Below, one piece after another: positions 1-11,700 of a DNA stretch of 64,000 bases. The position numbers and the translations under genes are program-made. The stretch is taken from assembly GCF_023055435.1 (NCBI RefSeq), contig NW_025963868.1, positions 6,944,001 to 7,008,000 on the forward strand, written 5' to 3'. A model generated the notes under the pieces. The model had not been told where the DNA came from and searched no databases. It saw only the letters and a program-made list of their open reading frames with translations. Origin of the DNA: Haliotis rufescens. Taxonomy: Eukaryota. Position 1 is the stretch's first letter. Every line of letters begins with the position of its first letter.

Positions 1-148
1 TCCATGTAAGTGAAGGAGTTTGTCATTCGTGTCCGCGTAAGTGAAGGAATTTGTCATTCGTGTCCGTGTAAGTGAAGGAGTTTGTCATTCGTGTCCGTGT
101 AAGTGAAGGAGTTTGTCATTCGTGTCTGTGTAAGTGAAGGAGTTTGTA
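1..148. repeat. 31-bp tandem repeat (gtgtccgtgtaagtgaaggagtttgtcattc), ~4.7 copies, truncated by window edge
   Basis: Direct periodicity visible in lines 1-121. Confidence 0.9.
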
Positions 149-427
149 ATTAAGTTTTTCGCCGCTTCTTTTAATACCACAGCCATGAACTGGTTCAAAG
201 GATTCCGATATGAATACCAATGCGGGGAATCGAATTTGGGCTGACTTGCCACCCGACACCGCTTAAAGAATTCTTGTGCCTATCATTCCAATATTCTTCA
301 TTTCAAATACCGGGATGATCTAGCTAATGCCATTCCAGTTCTTTATCCATATGAAGCTACAGAGACAATAGACAGAGACAGAGACAACTTCAATATAAGA
401 CCAAGTCGCAGAAGATCTTTTGCATTT

Positions 428-652
428 TTATTTTTCAATATAATCTTCATTCACCTCAATACACTTATTACATATGTCCTTCAAGCTTTTAATACCACTT
501 TTATAGAAATCCGCAGATTGGCCCTCTAACCACGCCTCTGTGGCAGCCTTTATGTCCTCGTCATCCTGGAAGCGTCTTCCACGAAGGACAGATTTCATTT
601 GCTGGAACAGGAACTAGTCACTGGGGCCTAGTCTGGGCTGTAGGGTGGGTTG
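428..652 (-). mobile_element. Decayed mariner (DD34D-type) transposase C-terminal fragment
   Basis: Minus strand reads ~PPYSPD(frameshift)..PSD*FLFQQMKSVLRGRRFQDDEDIKAATEAWLEGQSADFYKSGIKSLKDICNKCIEVNEDYIEK*. This matches the mariner YSPDLAPSD motif and C-terminus, with a stop and a frameshift. Confidence 0.85.
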
Positions 653-701
653 TTTAACTGTACAGCGCAAACTTAGCTTCGGCAGTCTGTATAGGACTTA
701 C

Positions 702-3700
702 CGTTACAACATTTCAGGTCCAACGGTGTCCAAAGGCCTGACTTCGTACACAGTGAAACAACAATCTCTAGATCTGGACCTGTGGGCGTGGTTCCTTCTC
801 TGCATGTGTACTTGGCCACGCCGTTGAATTGTGTGGATGTATGCACAACCACTGCTCCGTCTTTGGCAGGAGGTTGGCCACATTCAGTCTGCAACGTCGC
901 TGATAAAAACAATCATACAAAAATATCTTCTTACAATGCTGTGTATTTCCCCTTTGCCTTGAATAGTTGGTTGGTTTGTTTGTTGTTTTACGCCGCACTC
1001 AGCAATATCCCAGCTATATGACGGCAGTCTGTAAAGAATCAAGTCACGACCAGACAATCAAGTGATTGATATCATGAGCATCCTTCCATGCAAATGGGAT
1101 ACGATGACATGTATCAACCAAGTCAGCGAGCCTGACCACCCGATCTCGTTAGTCGCCTTTTACGACAAGCATAGTCGCCTTTTACGGCAAGCATGGGTTG
1201 CTGAAGAGCTATAGAGGATATTGTATGTCTTCATGTCATACTGTTTATGACACGAGTGTCTAAATTCCGGTATTTCCCGAGCGAGTCCGACGGAAATCCC
1301 GCAATGTAGGCACGAGAGTCGTAAACATAGTATGACATGAAGACGAATATAATGTTCTGTCTATTACTGAAGAAGATGTCTACATACAGAGACGAATTTT
1401 AGCGGTTGCCTATAAGGACAACAAGTCGCAACAGCAGCGGAACCACAATTGTCGAATGACGTCAACATTCTTCAGCCATGACGTTGTTTATAGTGTGACG
1501 TCATTCCGACCTCTCGTCACAATAAGATTCGAATGACGTCAGCATTGCCGTCCGGATGACGGAAACAATACCCTGTTCTACGTGACTTGATATGACCCAA
1601 GGACACATCTGGGTTCATAAAATGATATGTGCCTTAGGGTCATATCATTCAGTAATAGTCCTGCTATACGACGGCGGTCTGTAAATAATCGAGTCTGGAT
1701 CAGGCAATGCAGTGAGTGAGTGAGGTTTTACGCCACTTTTAGCAATTTTTCAGCAATATCACGGCGGGGGACACCACAAAACGGTTTCACGCATTGTACC
1801 CATGTCGGGAATCGAACCAGGGTAAATTTAGTGATTGACAACATGAGCATCGATTTAGGCTATTGGGATACAATGGCAGGCATGAACCAAGTCAACGAGC
1901 CTGACCACACAATCATAATATTCATTCATATTTTATGTTCCCTGGCCCGAAAAACATTTTAATTTATTTCGACCACCAACCCCTTGCCTTTCTGAGTACA
2001 TCTGGCAGCTTCATATTTTAAAAGAAGAGCCAAATATTTTCGCGGAGATATGGTTTTTATGTTCACGAGTGGGTGAATGTGGGACAAAATAATGTAGAAG
2101 TCACACCCTGATGGCGGTCGGGTAGCCTAGTGGTTAAAGCGTTCGTTCGTCACGCCGAAGACCCGGGTTCGATTCCCGACATGGGCACAATGTGTGAAGC
2201 CCATTTCTGGTGTCCCCGCCGTCATGTGGCTGGAATATTGCTAAAAGCGGCGTAAAACCATACTCACTCTCACCCACCCTGATGGCACAATGTTGATACA
2301 AGAGGTCGGGAAACATCCATGCTTGTACAACATTGATTCACCACACTTTAAGTGCAGGACATAACTCGAATCCAAGGCATAAGACACACCAGAAACCTTT
2401 GATTGTGGGTTCGAATCCCGGTTCGCCCCGATTATGTTTCTAGGTTTGTCAGCACCATACCCGTGCTCGTGGGTTTCACCGAAGTGGTAAACGTCTGAGA
2501 CCTGCATCACTTCGACCTTTCCACCCACATTAAGCTGACCAGCGTGATATAACTGGAATACTGTTAAAGGCGGTGTTAAACCTAACTCACTCACTCACTC
2601 ACCAAGGGATAAGACCGAGGGGCGTCAGCATCGAGGTTTTATCCCGCGTTTGAGGGTTTTAAATCTCAAAAAGTAACGTTGGAAAGTTTTTTCTAACTTA
2701 TAAAACGAAAACAGAAACTTAAAACAACATTTATCAACACTTTTATGTTTCAAACATACTTTACATGAACATTAGGAAACGGGCGTTAAATATCTGTTGC
2801 TGGCGTAGGGGACTCTTTGAACCAGTGTGATTTATCAGCGCGGCTGCAGCCTGGTGGTACACTCACTAGGCTACAGAGATGAAGGTCTTCAGCAACCCAT
2901 GCTTGCCGTACAAGGTGACTATGCTTGTCGAAAAAGGCGACTAACGGGATCGGGTTGTCAGGCTCGCTGACTTGGTTGATGCATGTCATCGATCCCAATT
3001 GCGTGGATCGAGGCGCAAGATGTCAATCACTGGATTGTCTGGTACAGACTTGACTATTTACAGACCGCCGTCATACAGCTGGGATATTGCTGCGTGCGGC
3101 GTTAAACCAAACAACAAACAAACAATACAAACAAACAACTGCTCATATATTGAAAACAGATTATATCTTACCAAGCTTTCTTTCCAGTACAGCCACGCGA
3201 ATGTCAATATCGTTCAATCGATCTGCCCCTGTTAACACAACACGAAAAGTAGAGCCAAAACCTAATCTTTATTATATGTCTCGACGCTCATTTTCACCTT
3301 AAAAACATACGTCTTTGCGTTAATACTGGCTGCAAGATGGCTTCTTGTAGGCATCTCATATTACGTTAAGCAGATAATTGTCATAAGATAGCTATTACCG
3401 AGTTCGAGTTCAGTAAAGAGGGTTTGGGTGATCCTGGCACAGTCAGGCTGGTTAGGCTCATCATCAGCTCAGGGCCCTTGCCCCCTCTACACGCAGCCCA
3501 GACAGCGAATGGCACTTCTCCCAGGAAGCGCTGCCCAGTAAAACCCACCCAGAACTTTTCGGAGAATGTGAAAACTCCCCAACACTGCAGCCTTCTGCAT
3601 TACCCAGATTATCAGAAGGTCTGTATTCCTGGTAGCAAACCCGGGTACTCTCCCAATGTCAGTCAACAGATTCGGAGGGACCAAACCTAAGGCACCGAGA

Positions 3701-4305
3701 ACAATGGGGAGTCGGACAACTTGGTACTTGGGATGCAAGTGTGACATTTCGAAAGCGAGGTCCGAATATTTGCCATGTTTTTCCTCAATCCTGTCAATCA
3801 CTTTGGTGTCAAAATTCAATAATATAAATGCTTTCATTGGATTTATCAAAAAGGACAAGACCAGGTCTCTTGACCTGGATACGTCCTAGGCTATACGGGC
3901 CTATTCCACAGAATTTTTTATTTATCATTTTCCATGACGCCCTCCACATAGTCCGTGTCGTACCATGGATGAACCTCTGTGTGAAAACCACAAGCATGGC
4001 GAAGACGGTAGTAAAATGATCGAGCCACGCCATCATGTCGCTTAAGATACTGTGTATGTGCCAACGCATCCAATGATAATGTGTTGGACAGTCTCATCAA
4101 ATTCTTTACATAATCTACATTTCATATTTACGTGATTATTATTGTTGTTGTTGTTGTTGTTGTTGTTGTAGTTGTTATCTCACTAACCTGCAGCCTTATT
4201 GCTTTCGTCAGTATCAAAATCATCCACGTAGATCTGGCTAGCGATGACACAAGTTGCAGAAACCCCCGCCAGCAACAACCCGAGAGGAACACAGCCCACG
4301 TCCAT
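702..4305 (-). CDS. Secreted Sushi/CCP-domain protein, 5' part (exon 1 4188-4305, exon 2 702-899; continues beyond left edge)
   Basis: Exon 1 MDVGCVPLGLLLAGVSATCVIASQIYVDDFDTDESNKAA is signal-peptide-like and ends G|gttagt (phase 1), with a TATA-like TATAAG near 4350-4355. Exon 2 (tttatcag|...|gtaagt, 198 nt, phase 1-1) encodes ECGQPP...AKYTC...SLC..SGLW...LKC, the Sushi consensus. The two exons join in frame. Confidence 0.8.
968..1208 (-). mobile_element. SINE family B (~270 bp; core cccatgcttgtcgtaagaggcgactaa, tail ggcgttaaacaacaaac)
   Basis: About 20 recognisable copies, e.g. 2880-3135, 15730-15965, 18915-19170, 23495-23775, 27615-27855, 29090-29350, 32100-32375, 33057-33295, 35640-35886, 36432-36800, 37110-37365, 38969-39215, 40450-40875, 47340-47520, 49140-49350, 50375-50642, 50870-51070, 63180-63270. 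Copies end in microsatellite-like 3' tails. The core resembles the MetaSINE domain (from memory). Confidence 0.85.
1210..1658. mobile_element. Non-autonomous DNA element with internal inverted repeats
   Basis: Inverted arms tcttcatgtcatactgtttatgac / gtcgtaaacatagtatgacatgaaga (1228-1343) and a second hairpin atatgacccaagg / ccttagggtcatat (1590-1644). It lies between SINE B fragments. Confidence 0.55.
2112..2272 (+). mobile_element. tRNA-derived SINE family A (~160 bp)
   Basis: Pol III A box (tagcctagtggtt) and B box (ggttcgattcc), ending in (actc)n. Other copies at 16062-16225(+), 20045-20203(-), 29782-29948(+), 39757-39930(+), 62071-62235(+). Partial or decayed copies at 1715-1822, 18860-19270, 58630-58800, 59450-59590. 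Confidence 0.9.
3487..4075 (-). mobile_element. 5'-truncated non-LTR retrotransposon, C-terminal restriction-like endonuclease (RLE) region, R4/Dong/NeSL-like, decayed
   Basis: Frameshifted pieces YLKRHDGVA..., KILWN, RPGLVLFDK...IYIIEF, EEKHGKYSDLA, PIVLGALG and QKAAVLGSFHILRKVL follow the RHD...PD-(D/E)xK...KxxKY...QK layout of RLE-type LINE ends. Confidence 0.8.
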
Positions 4306-4850
4306 GTTGTTTTATTCTGTTGTTAAGTTAGTCGGTCGTTGGTCTCATACTTATAACGGTGAAAGCATGTAACATAATCCCGAACGCACTCTGTAACTTG
4401 CAATAAAAGTTAATGGGTTCATTTGTTTCACCACACTATAGCAACCTTTCACTGATCTTAGTTGATTACTACCGTATACCTTTCCTGATATACGTTAAAC
4501 CTTGACATAATGAGAAATAAAAATATTTAGAATTCTCTAGTTTATTGCTGTCAAGTACTATAGACTTCTGCGATGTCAAAAATGGGTTTGGTCACCTGCT
4601 CGTTTGGTAGAAAAGTGTCCTTACAAAAAAAGCAATACTTTGTCATTTACAAAATAACGTCATTGTACTTTTAAATTCTGCTGCTTTGCATTAAACATTC
4701 ATCATACTGATTCTGAAAAAAACCATATATTTGCACAACAATAATCTTTAAGTTTTATTTTCAGTGGTTAATGTGAAAAGAATAGTGATAAAGATGGATG
4801 GTGTTTTTTTCAAACTCTATGTGTACGTTTCATTTACATTTAAGTGTACA

Positions 4851-5213
4851 AGAGAGGGAGAGAGAGGGGGAGAGAGAGAGGGGANNNNNNNNNNNNNNNN
4901 NNNNNNNNNNNNNNNNNNNNNNNNNNNNNNNNNNNNNNNNNNNNNNNNNNNNNNNNNNNNNNNNNNNNNNNNNNNNNNNNNNNNNNNNNNNNNNNNNNNN
5001 NNNNNNNNNNNNNNNNNNNNNNNNNNNNNNNNNNNNNNNNNNNNNNNAGGAGGGAGAGAGAGGGGAGGGAGAGAGGGGAGGGAGAGAGAGAGACAGAGGG
5101 AGTGAGACAGAGAGGGTGAGAGGGGAGAGAGACAGAGGGAGGGAGAGAGAGAAGGAGGGAGAGAGAGAGGGGACGGAGAGAGAGAGAGAGTGGGGGAGAG
5201 AGAGAGAGAGAGA
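4851..5213. repeat. (GA)-rich microsatellite spanning an assembly gap
   Basis: Purine dinucleotide run on both sides of the N block. Confidence 0.9.
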
Positions 5214-5683
5214 GCCCTCAATACAAACAGCTAGAAAAGTCTTGGTTCTGTAGTCTTTGACTTTATACCCGATGTGTTAACACAGAGAACCTTCTGAAGC
5301 AATCATAATAACGTATCTCTGCTCACATTATTTCAATTCTATTAGACGGTGTGTTATTAATCGCCAATGAACAGTACGCCTTTATTATAGCTAAAATGGA
5401 TAGAATTATCACTATTATCACGTTATCAGAAATGAGCGGGCCACTGTAACTTGATAATGCCCTCATATTGCTTCACGACGGGTCATTATCAAGCCCGTTG
5501 TTAGGTGACGTCATAGGTTAGAGAAAATGACGTCACGTATTATAGTGACGTCATTTGGTTTGTTCTATGACGTTTCCATATTTGTAAAATGTGGTCAGTG
5601 ACATTCGTGTTGATTGCAGTAAATGTTTCAAAACCGATGTTGTTTCTTTTTATTTGATAACACATTCCGTACATTTTAGCTAT

Positions 5684-5822
5684 AATAACGGTAACGCTCT
5701 TTTTCAGGGCATTATCATTTGCAGAAGCCCTCGGTCTTTTCAAATGCCCTCCTTCGTCGGGCAGTTAATGGAAAACCTCGGACTTCTGCAAATGATAATG
5801 CCCTGAAAAATAGTGTTACCCT
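5684..5822. mobile_element. Palindromic hairpin element
   Basis: ggtaacgctctttttcagggcattatcatttgcagaag is inverted as cttctgcaaatgataatgccctgaaaaatagtgttacc. Confidence 0.65.
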
Positions 5823-6639
5823 TATATAAGACACTGTAAAAAATACGCTTGCGGACGGGTCTATTTTGGCATCAGCTGGTCATTTGAAAATCTTCCCTGA
5901 AAGGTGGACTCTCCTCCCGATGGACACTACGACTTATAACACAAGTGTATGGGCGACATATTTTATACTTGAATATGTCAAGTCCGTGAGTGTTTGCTGT
6001 TGTCTGGGATTTACTGCAGAACACGCTACAAAATTCGTTTGAAATAGAATATACGGGTCCTTAGTTTTTGTCTGGTAGTGGTACAACCATCGTGCCATTA
6101 TAAAAGTTCAGATCGACACTAATACACTAGGTATTTTGTTGAGGGATCATCACAACATACATCACCCGACTACTCACAACCTTGAAAGTTGTGTTTTAAA
6201 AGAGAGAATTTCAACATACGACGTCGACATCATTGTCATGACTGCGAATCCCTGCCACCACCCCCACCACCCTCCCTCTCCTCCCCACCCCCTTCTCCGC
6301 ATCCGCCAGTGCACATTGCAGATGAAGAACACCTGCTTTACGAATATTATTCATATAGACTGAATTAAAGGAATTGTGAAGAAGGATTTTATTAGCACTT
6401 CTGAGACATATTTTCATTTTGAAAATCTTGTCACCTTAAACGATCTATTGTATTACGCAAAGTCAGTGAAAACCATGATGGGACATTGTGATGCACGGAC
6501 AACGAGTCGATTTCCGAACTTAGGCGATCGCTAGGTCCATAGACCGACGACAATCGGAGTTGCAATCCTGAAGGGTTAAACAGTATGTGCTTAATAACTG
6601 TTAAATGCCTCCTCTTTTTACCACTGGTAATACATGTGA

Positions 6640-6978
6640 TGTGAAATTGGGTTTAACGTCGCGTCCAAGATTATTGCACTTATATAGCGACGTGCATGCA
6701 CGTGTATGTGTGGCTGCTTGTATTAGTCCGGACTGATGCGGATTTATAGTGCTAGCTCACTGAGATACCATGCCGCAGTTTGACATGAATACCCCACTCA
6801 GACACAGTATACTGACTCCGAGCCGACCAGTCCTTGTTTTAGCCCCTTAATGCCGAGCGCCAGACAGGGTAACAACAAATACCTTTTAACGTCTTTTGGT
6901 ATGGCGCGGTCGGGGATCGAACCCCGGACCTTCCGCTCTCCGGGCGGACGCTCTACCACAAGACCACGGAGGCGGTCT
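6640..6978 (-). mobile_element. tRNA-derived SINE family C (~340 bp)
   Basis: Head gaccgcctccgtggtct..tggtagagcgtccg...ggttcgatcccc and body cagtgagctagcactataaa. Other copies at 35143-35497(+), 46161-46500(+), 61345-61686(-). Confidence 0.85.
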
Positions 6979-8391
6979 GGTAATACATGTAAGCATTGTA
7001 GTTTGTTCTATATGTGAAACTGAGCCATTTTGTCTGCTGAAACATGCATAAGTAGCTTAACATACACATTCAAGTTCAACTAAAAGACAAATTGAAATCG
7101 ATCGCGAGGGACCGAAATCAAATTTGCTGGGAGTGCCAACCAGCCGAAGTTTTCACACGAAACCGAATTCGAATTTTGTTAAAAAGAACACGGCCGAAAC
7201 CTCACACGTGGAAATGTCTTTAACCCATCAAGTCACTACAAATCAGTTATGTCAAGTTTTCGGCATATCAAGATTAAAGAGTGCGGTGCAAACATACCAT
7301 TTGAAATGAATTTGGGCCTCATTAGACCACTCGGTATCCTCCCAAAACGTAGACCTGCCAAAACGCAGACCCGTTAAAACAACACTCGTTATGGCTGGTT
7401 GCATCAGCAATAAGTACCCTGTACCCTTGATTAAGTAAAATGGTATCACCCATGTAACAAGAAAGAAAGCTGGGTAGATTTCACAATTTTTTATTCAAAT
7501 GTTATATCATTCTGGGTGGCGGTGCTGCTCCAAATAGCTCCAAATTGCATCTGCGCTAGTTTCGCTCTCTCCGAAATTTCTGCCCCGTGGATCAGTTCGA
7601 TGAATCTGAAGATGTTTGGATGCTTGTGCTGGAGGGACTTGCTGATTCTGGAGTGGACTTACTTACTTACTTACTTTGGAGATTTAACGTGCGCTTTCCG
7701 ACTGATGCGTATTTCGCACACGGGAGTGGAGTGGAAACCAATTAATATATTTATATGTTACACCATAAACAAGAGAAGGAAGTATTAGTGATTGAGAACA
7801 TTTGGTATATTCTTACACAAATCCCACAACTTGTTTAAAGGTATGTTTGAATAAGATTTGTGATGTACCGGGAGCAGATTAAAGAAAGGAGGAGTTTTTT
7901 TAAGACAATGTTGTTGTTGTCCACTCCTGCTCATTGTCTCAACATATTGATAATCCCTCATAGCAGGGGAGTAGACCAGGCCATTCATTAATTAGGTGTG
8001 ACCAGCATGGCCCAATTAATAAGTGAGCTAATTTTAACTGCTTTTTGGGAGGTCTGCATTTTGGAGGTCTACGTTATGGGAGGGAACCGACCACTCGTGG
8101 ACCAGTGCCCATTTTGTTTATTTTTACCATGGCGAACAATATCTCATGATATAATACAAATGTTAAGTGATGATATGACTGCTTCTTGAGGTCCATTCTG
8201 TTGCTGTGTTGGATACCCATGTGTTTCCTGTATGTATGGAAGTGTTATCTAGGCACGAGTTAAATACAAACTTGGGGAAGTCAAGTGTTGATACATGTAT
8301 ATTTTATTCATCAAGAGTCTGCTGCATCGTGACGATACAGACATAAAAGCCTGGTATCCTTTGTCTCAATATTTTCCTGATGGTCAGATGT

Positions 8392-8712
8392 CACAGCCAA
8401 AAAAGTGTAGGTTTCCGTTTTCCGGAAACCTTCCGGAAACCTTCCGGATACCCTCCCACTTTGGACCCGGCCCGGATACCTTCTGGAAACCTTCCCCCAA
8501 AAATGTCAAAATTTGGTGGGGGCATTTTGTTCAATTAAGTGTGAAACATATAAAAATGTGTGAAATGTGAAAATTACCAAGAAAATTGAAGGGTGCTGAA
8601 GGTATCGTGAAGGTTTCCGGGATGTATCCGGGCCGGATCTAAAGAGGGAAGGTATCCGGAAGGTTTCCGGAAGGTTTCCGGAGAACGGAAACCTACACTT
8701 TCTTTTGCTGTG
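8392..8712. mobile_element. MITE with ~100-bp terminal inverted repeats containing (ttccggaaacc) sub-repeats
   Basis: cacagc..aaaagtgtaggtttccgttttccggaaaccttccgg is mirrored by ccggaaggtttccggagaacggaaacctacactttt..gctgtg. Confidence 0.85.
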
Positions 8713-8726
8713 TGTTGTCCTGCGTC

Positions 8727-11700
8727 TCAAACAATGACCTGTCCAAGGGCTACCATCATGATGAATGTCACGACAGGAATAGTGACCCTCCCTTCACCGG
8801 AGTGAAAGGGGAAAACCTGATCCTTGTCGACGCCCACACTGGCTTCTATACGGTATTGCAGGTATAAACCCTAGAGAAGAAAAGAACACAGCAAAATCAA
8901 AACAATATGTTAGTACACCCGACTACACCAGCCCAATAAACAGAGCAAATGCTGTGAAGAATAAGTAATTTTATAGGACGCCACCATCATCCACACCATG
9001 TTCATAGGAACACCACAGACATGGTGAGATATACGTTCTTCAACACGGTGCCAGTTTGACTATTAGACCAAAGAGCTGATGAAGACCATACGATTACGTA
9101 ATTGTAAACATTATTCGTGTGAAGATCATGTTCACTCTAAGGGAAAATATTAACACCTCTGCAACACAAAGCAAAATATTACCAAAGGTGAAAACTGTCA
9201 TGACGTGGATATATTTTCACTTGCAAACTTATACATTCATTTCTGGATTTGAACTAGTGAAAATAGTCGAAGAAACTAACCACCGTCGCTGATATTGCAT
9301 GTTTGTGCAAGAAGTAACGACTATTAGGGAATAATTGCTTCAGATGTTCCCTGTAAAAAGACAGACATACAATCCCATACCACTGATAGTCTACGCCACC
9401 GATGGTTTTGCTGATATATCACCACTCCACGCCTAAATGAAAATGACTGATGGCGTGCCATTGGAACGCTTGGAACCACTTCCACGCACGTCAATTCAAC
9501 GTCCACATTAATGGCGCCGTTAGCAACGGAACAGCTTTCTCAGAGACTGTATCGAAATGGCCGCCCGCCCATCATAGCCTCTCGCCAAGACATATGTATT
9601 CGTTTTACGCAGCTTCGACAAAGGTCCAGACGGTCAAAGCCCGTACCATACCTGGCAAAAGAGACGTATTAGAGGACAGTTCGACGACGTCTTCGCATCT
9701 ACAACATCCGTGCGAGATGCCTAGTCAGACATCAACGTCGACGTCTCCACTGTCGCAGAATACACGCAGTGGACAGCACGTCAGTCCAGCACGTTTCCTT
9801 CTCAATGTTAATGTGTTAACCATCCCCTGATTTGACACCAACCGAATACGTGTGGGGCGAAATGGACTGTCGTTTGCGACTTCTTCCAATTGCTCCAACA
9901 ACGTTGCAGGAACACCGGCTTATCATACCTCAGATTTTGAATGTCATTCCCCTGACAATTCTTCAACGTTTAATTGCTTCAGTGAAACGAAGCTTAAAGG
10001 TCAATGCACAAGATCGACACACTCACTACTGATGGTGTTGACTTGCCTCTGAAACCACTCGTTTGGCATGACCAACACACAGGTCAGGAAGAGCTTTCTT
10101 ATGGACCGTTGCTCATTACGGTAAATTTAGTCACTGTTCTTACCAAGTGCTAAAAGTGACAACATCATGTTAAGGCAACTTTGAGTATACATCACAAAGG
10201 ATGTACACACGCAACAAGAACTCTTGACAGAGCAACTCTACAAACAATAGTGTTAGAATGGGCATAAATAGTATGTGTCCCATTACTTAATAACTCGGTA
10301 GTTCATATGTCAACATTTTGTATACAACAATGTCAAATTTTGATCCTGAGTAATGTCATATATACGTTCAGAAAAGTATGGGAACGCCCACAGTTGAAAC
10401 AGACTTTTTCAGGCAGCTGTGTTCAAAACATATATGCGTGGATGCCAAAATGGCCTATATTTTACACAATAACAATGCATTTTTATCGAATCTGTTTTGA
10501 AAAAGAATGCTGGGCATTCCCATACTTTCATCATACCAGATTCGGGTTTTAGACAGTACGCAAATAATTCTCAAGGTTACAGAACTCACAGTGACGCCGT
10601 TCTGATCCCCACACCGATTGGCGGTCACGAACCACCCAGAGCTGCTGTCGATATCTATGTTGAAACGACCAACACAGTAGACGTAGTCTCCTTTGAACCG
10701 GTCGTAGCGGTTGTAACAGCCTGAGCTGGGTCTACTGGTGTCCAGGCTGAGAATCTGCCTGGAATAGGAGGGGTACTGAAGGAGGGCGATCTTCTGTTGA
10801 CATGACTGGAAGAAGGAAGGTTGGCGGTTTTACAAAACAAAACATCGTTAACTGGACATGTTGGATGACCTGGCAAGAAAGTGTTGTGTGTCAACAAATG
10901 TGTGCTCCTCCTATAATTGAACATAATGTGTGTTTGAAAATATATTTCGTCTCAAAAGAATATCATGAATGGCTGAGTTTGTAAGCTTTGCGTTGATCTT
11001 TATATACATTTTTCAGAGGTGGGACCATTTTTGTATTGTTAAGGATGACATATGAACTTATGGGTAAAAGAACAATGTTTGACTTCTACTTTCTCGGAAT
11101 GAATTTGTATTTCCTGACGTGGAGACTGAATAACATGGTCGGTCGCCACCGGTAACAGTATCGTACACGTGGTAACAGAGGTATACGTACCGCACTTGTC
11201 CTCTCTGCAAATACAAAGTATCCCCTATCATATACATGTACGGTTCCCTCTTTTCATACATTCATGTCTTAATGTCTTCCACACTTCTCTGTGTACAGTA
11301 CTCAATGTCTAAAACTAGTTCCTGAAGATGTATCCCATCTTTTAGACCGCTTCCGACTGTCCCAACTATGCTATGTACGTTTTCTTTATTATAGTATGCG
11401 AGTCCAATGTATTATATAGCAATACAATTGATATTAGGGATTTGCATATTTCCATAGATCTGATCACGGGAGACTCACTTTGAGAGGATCGTTGGCCTGA
11501 GCAAACTGTTCTCCACCATAGAACAGCAGAAACATAGGAGCGTATTGCTGTAAAACAAGGACATTGGAAACAACATTATAGTCAGTGGATCGTTTCTTTA
11601 TTCAATACCACTTACATGATGCTGATGCTTTTTATATTGTCATTTAAGCTTCCAAGAGTTATCAAGAATTGGAAATACTAAACGATAATGAGCTTTTTAT

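Noticed and set aside
2112-2185. tRNA genes (also 16062, 29782, 35143, 62071)
   Set aside because: A/B boxes run straight into a shared non-tRNA body and microsatellite tail, so these are SINE heads.
7785-8290. Possible LINE reverse-transcriptase remnant
   Set aside because: I could not read a convincing motif by eye; it needs a translated search.
9324-9350. Alternative last exon GTSEAIIP* for paralogue A
   Set aside because: It has an acceptor-like site but lies at the edge of a Tc1 relic and has no homology to exon 5 of B or C. The exon at 8727-8870 fits much better.
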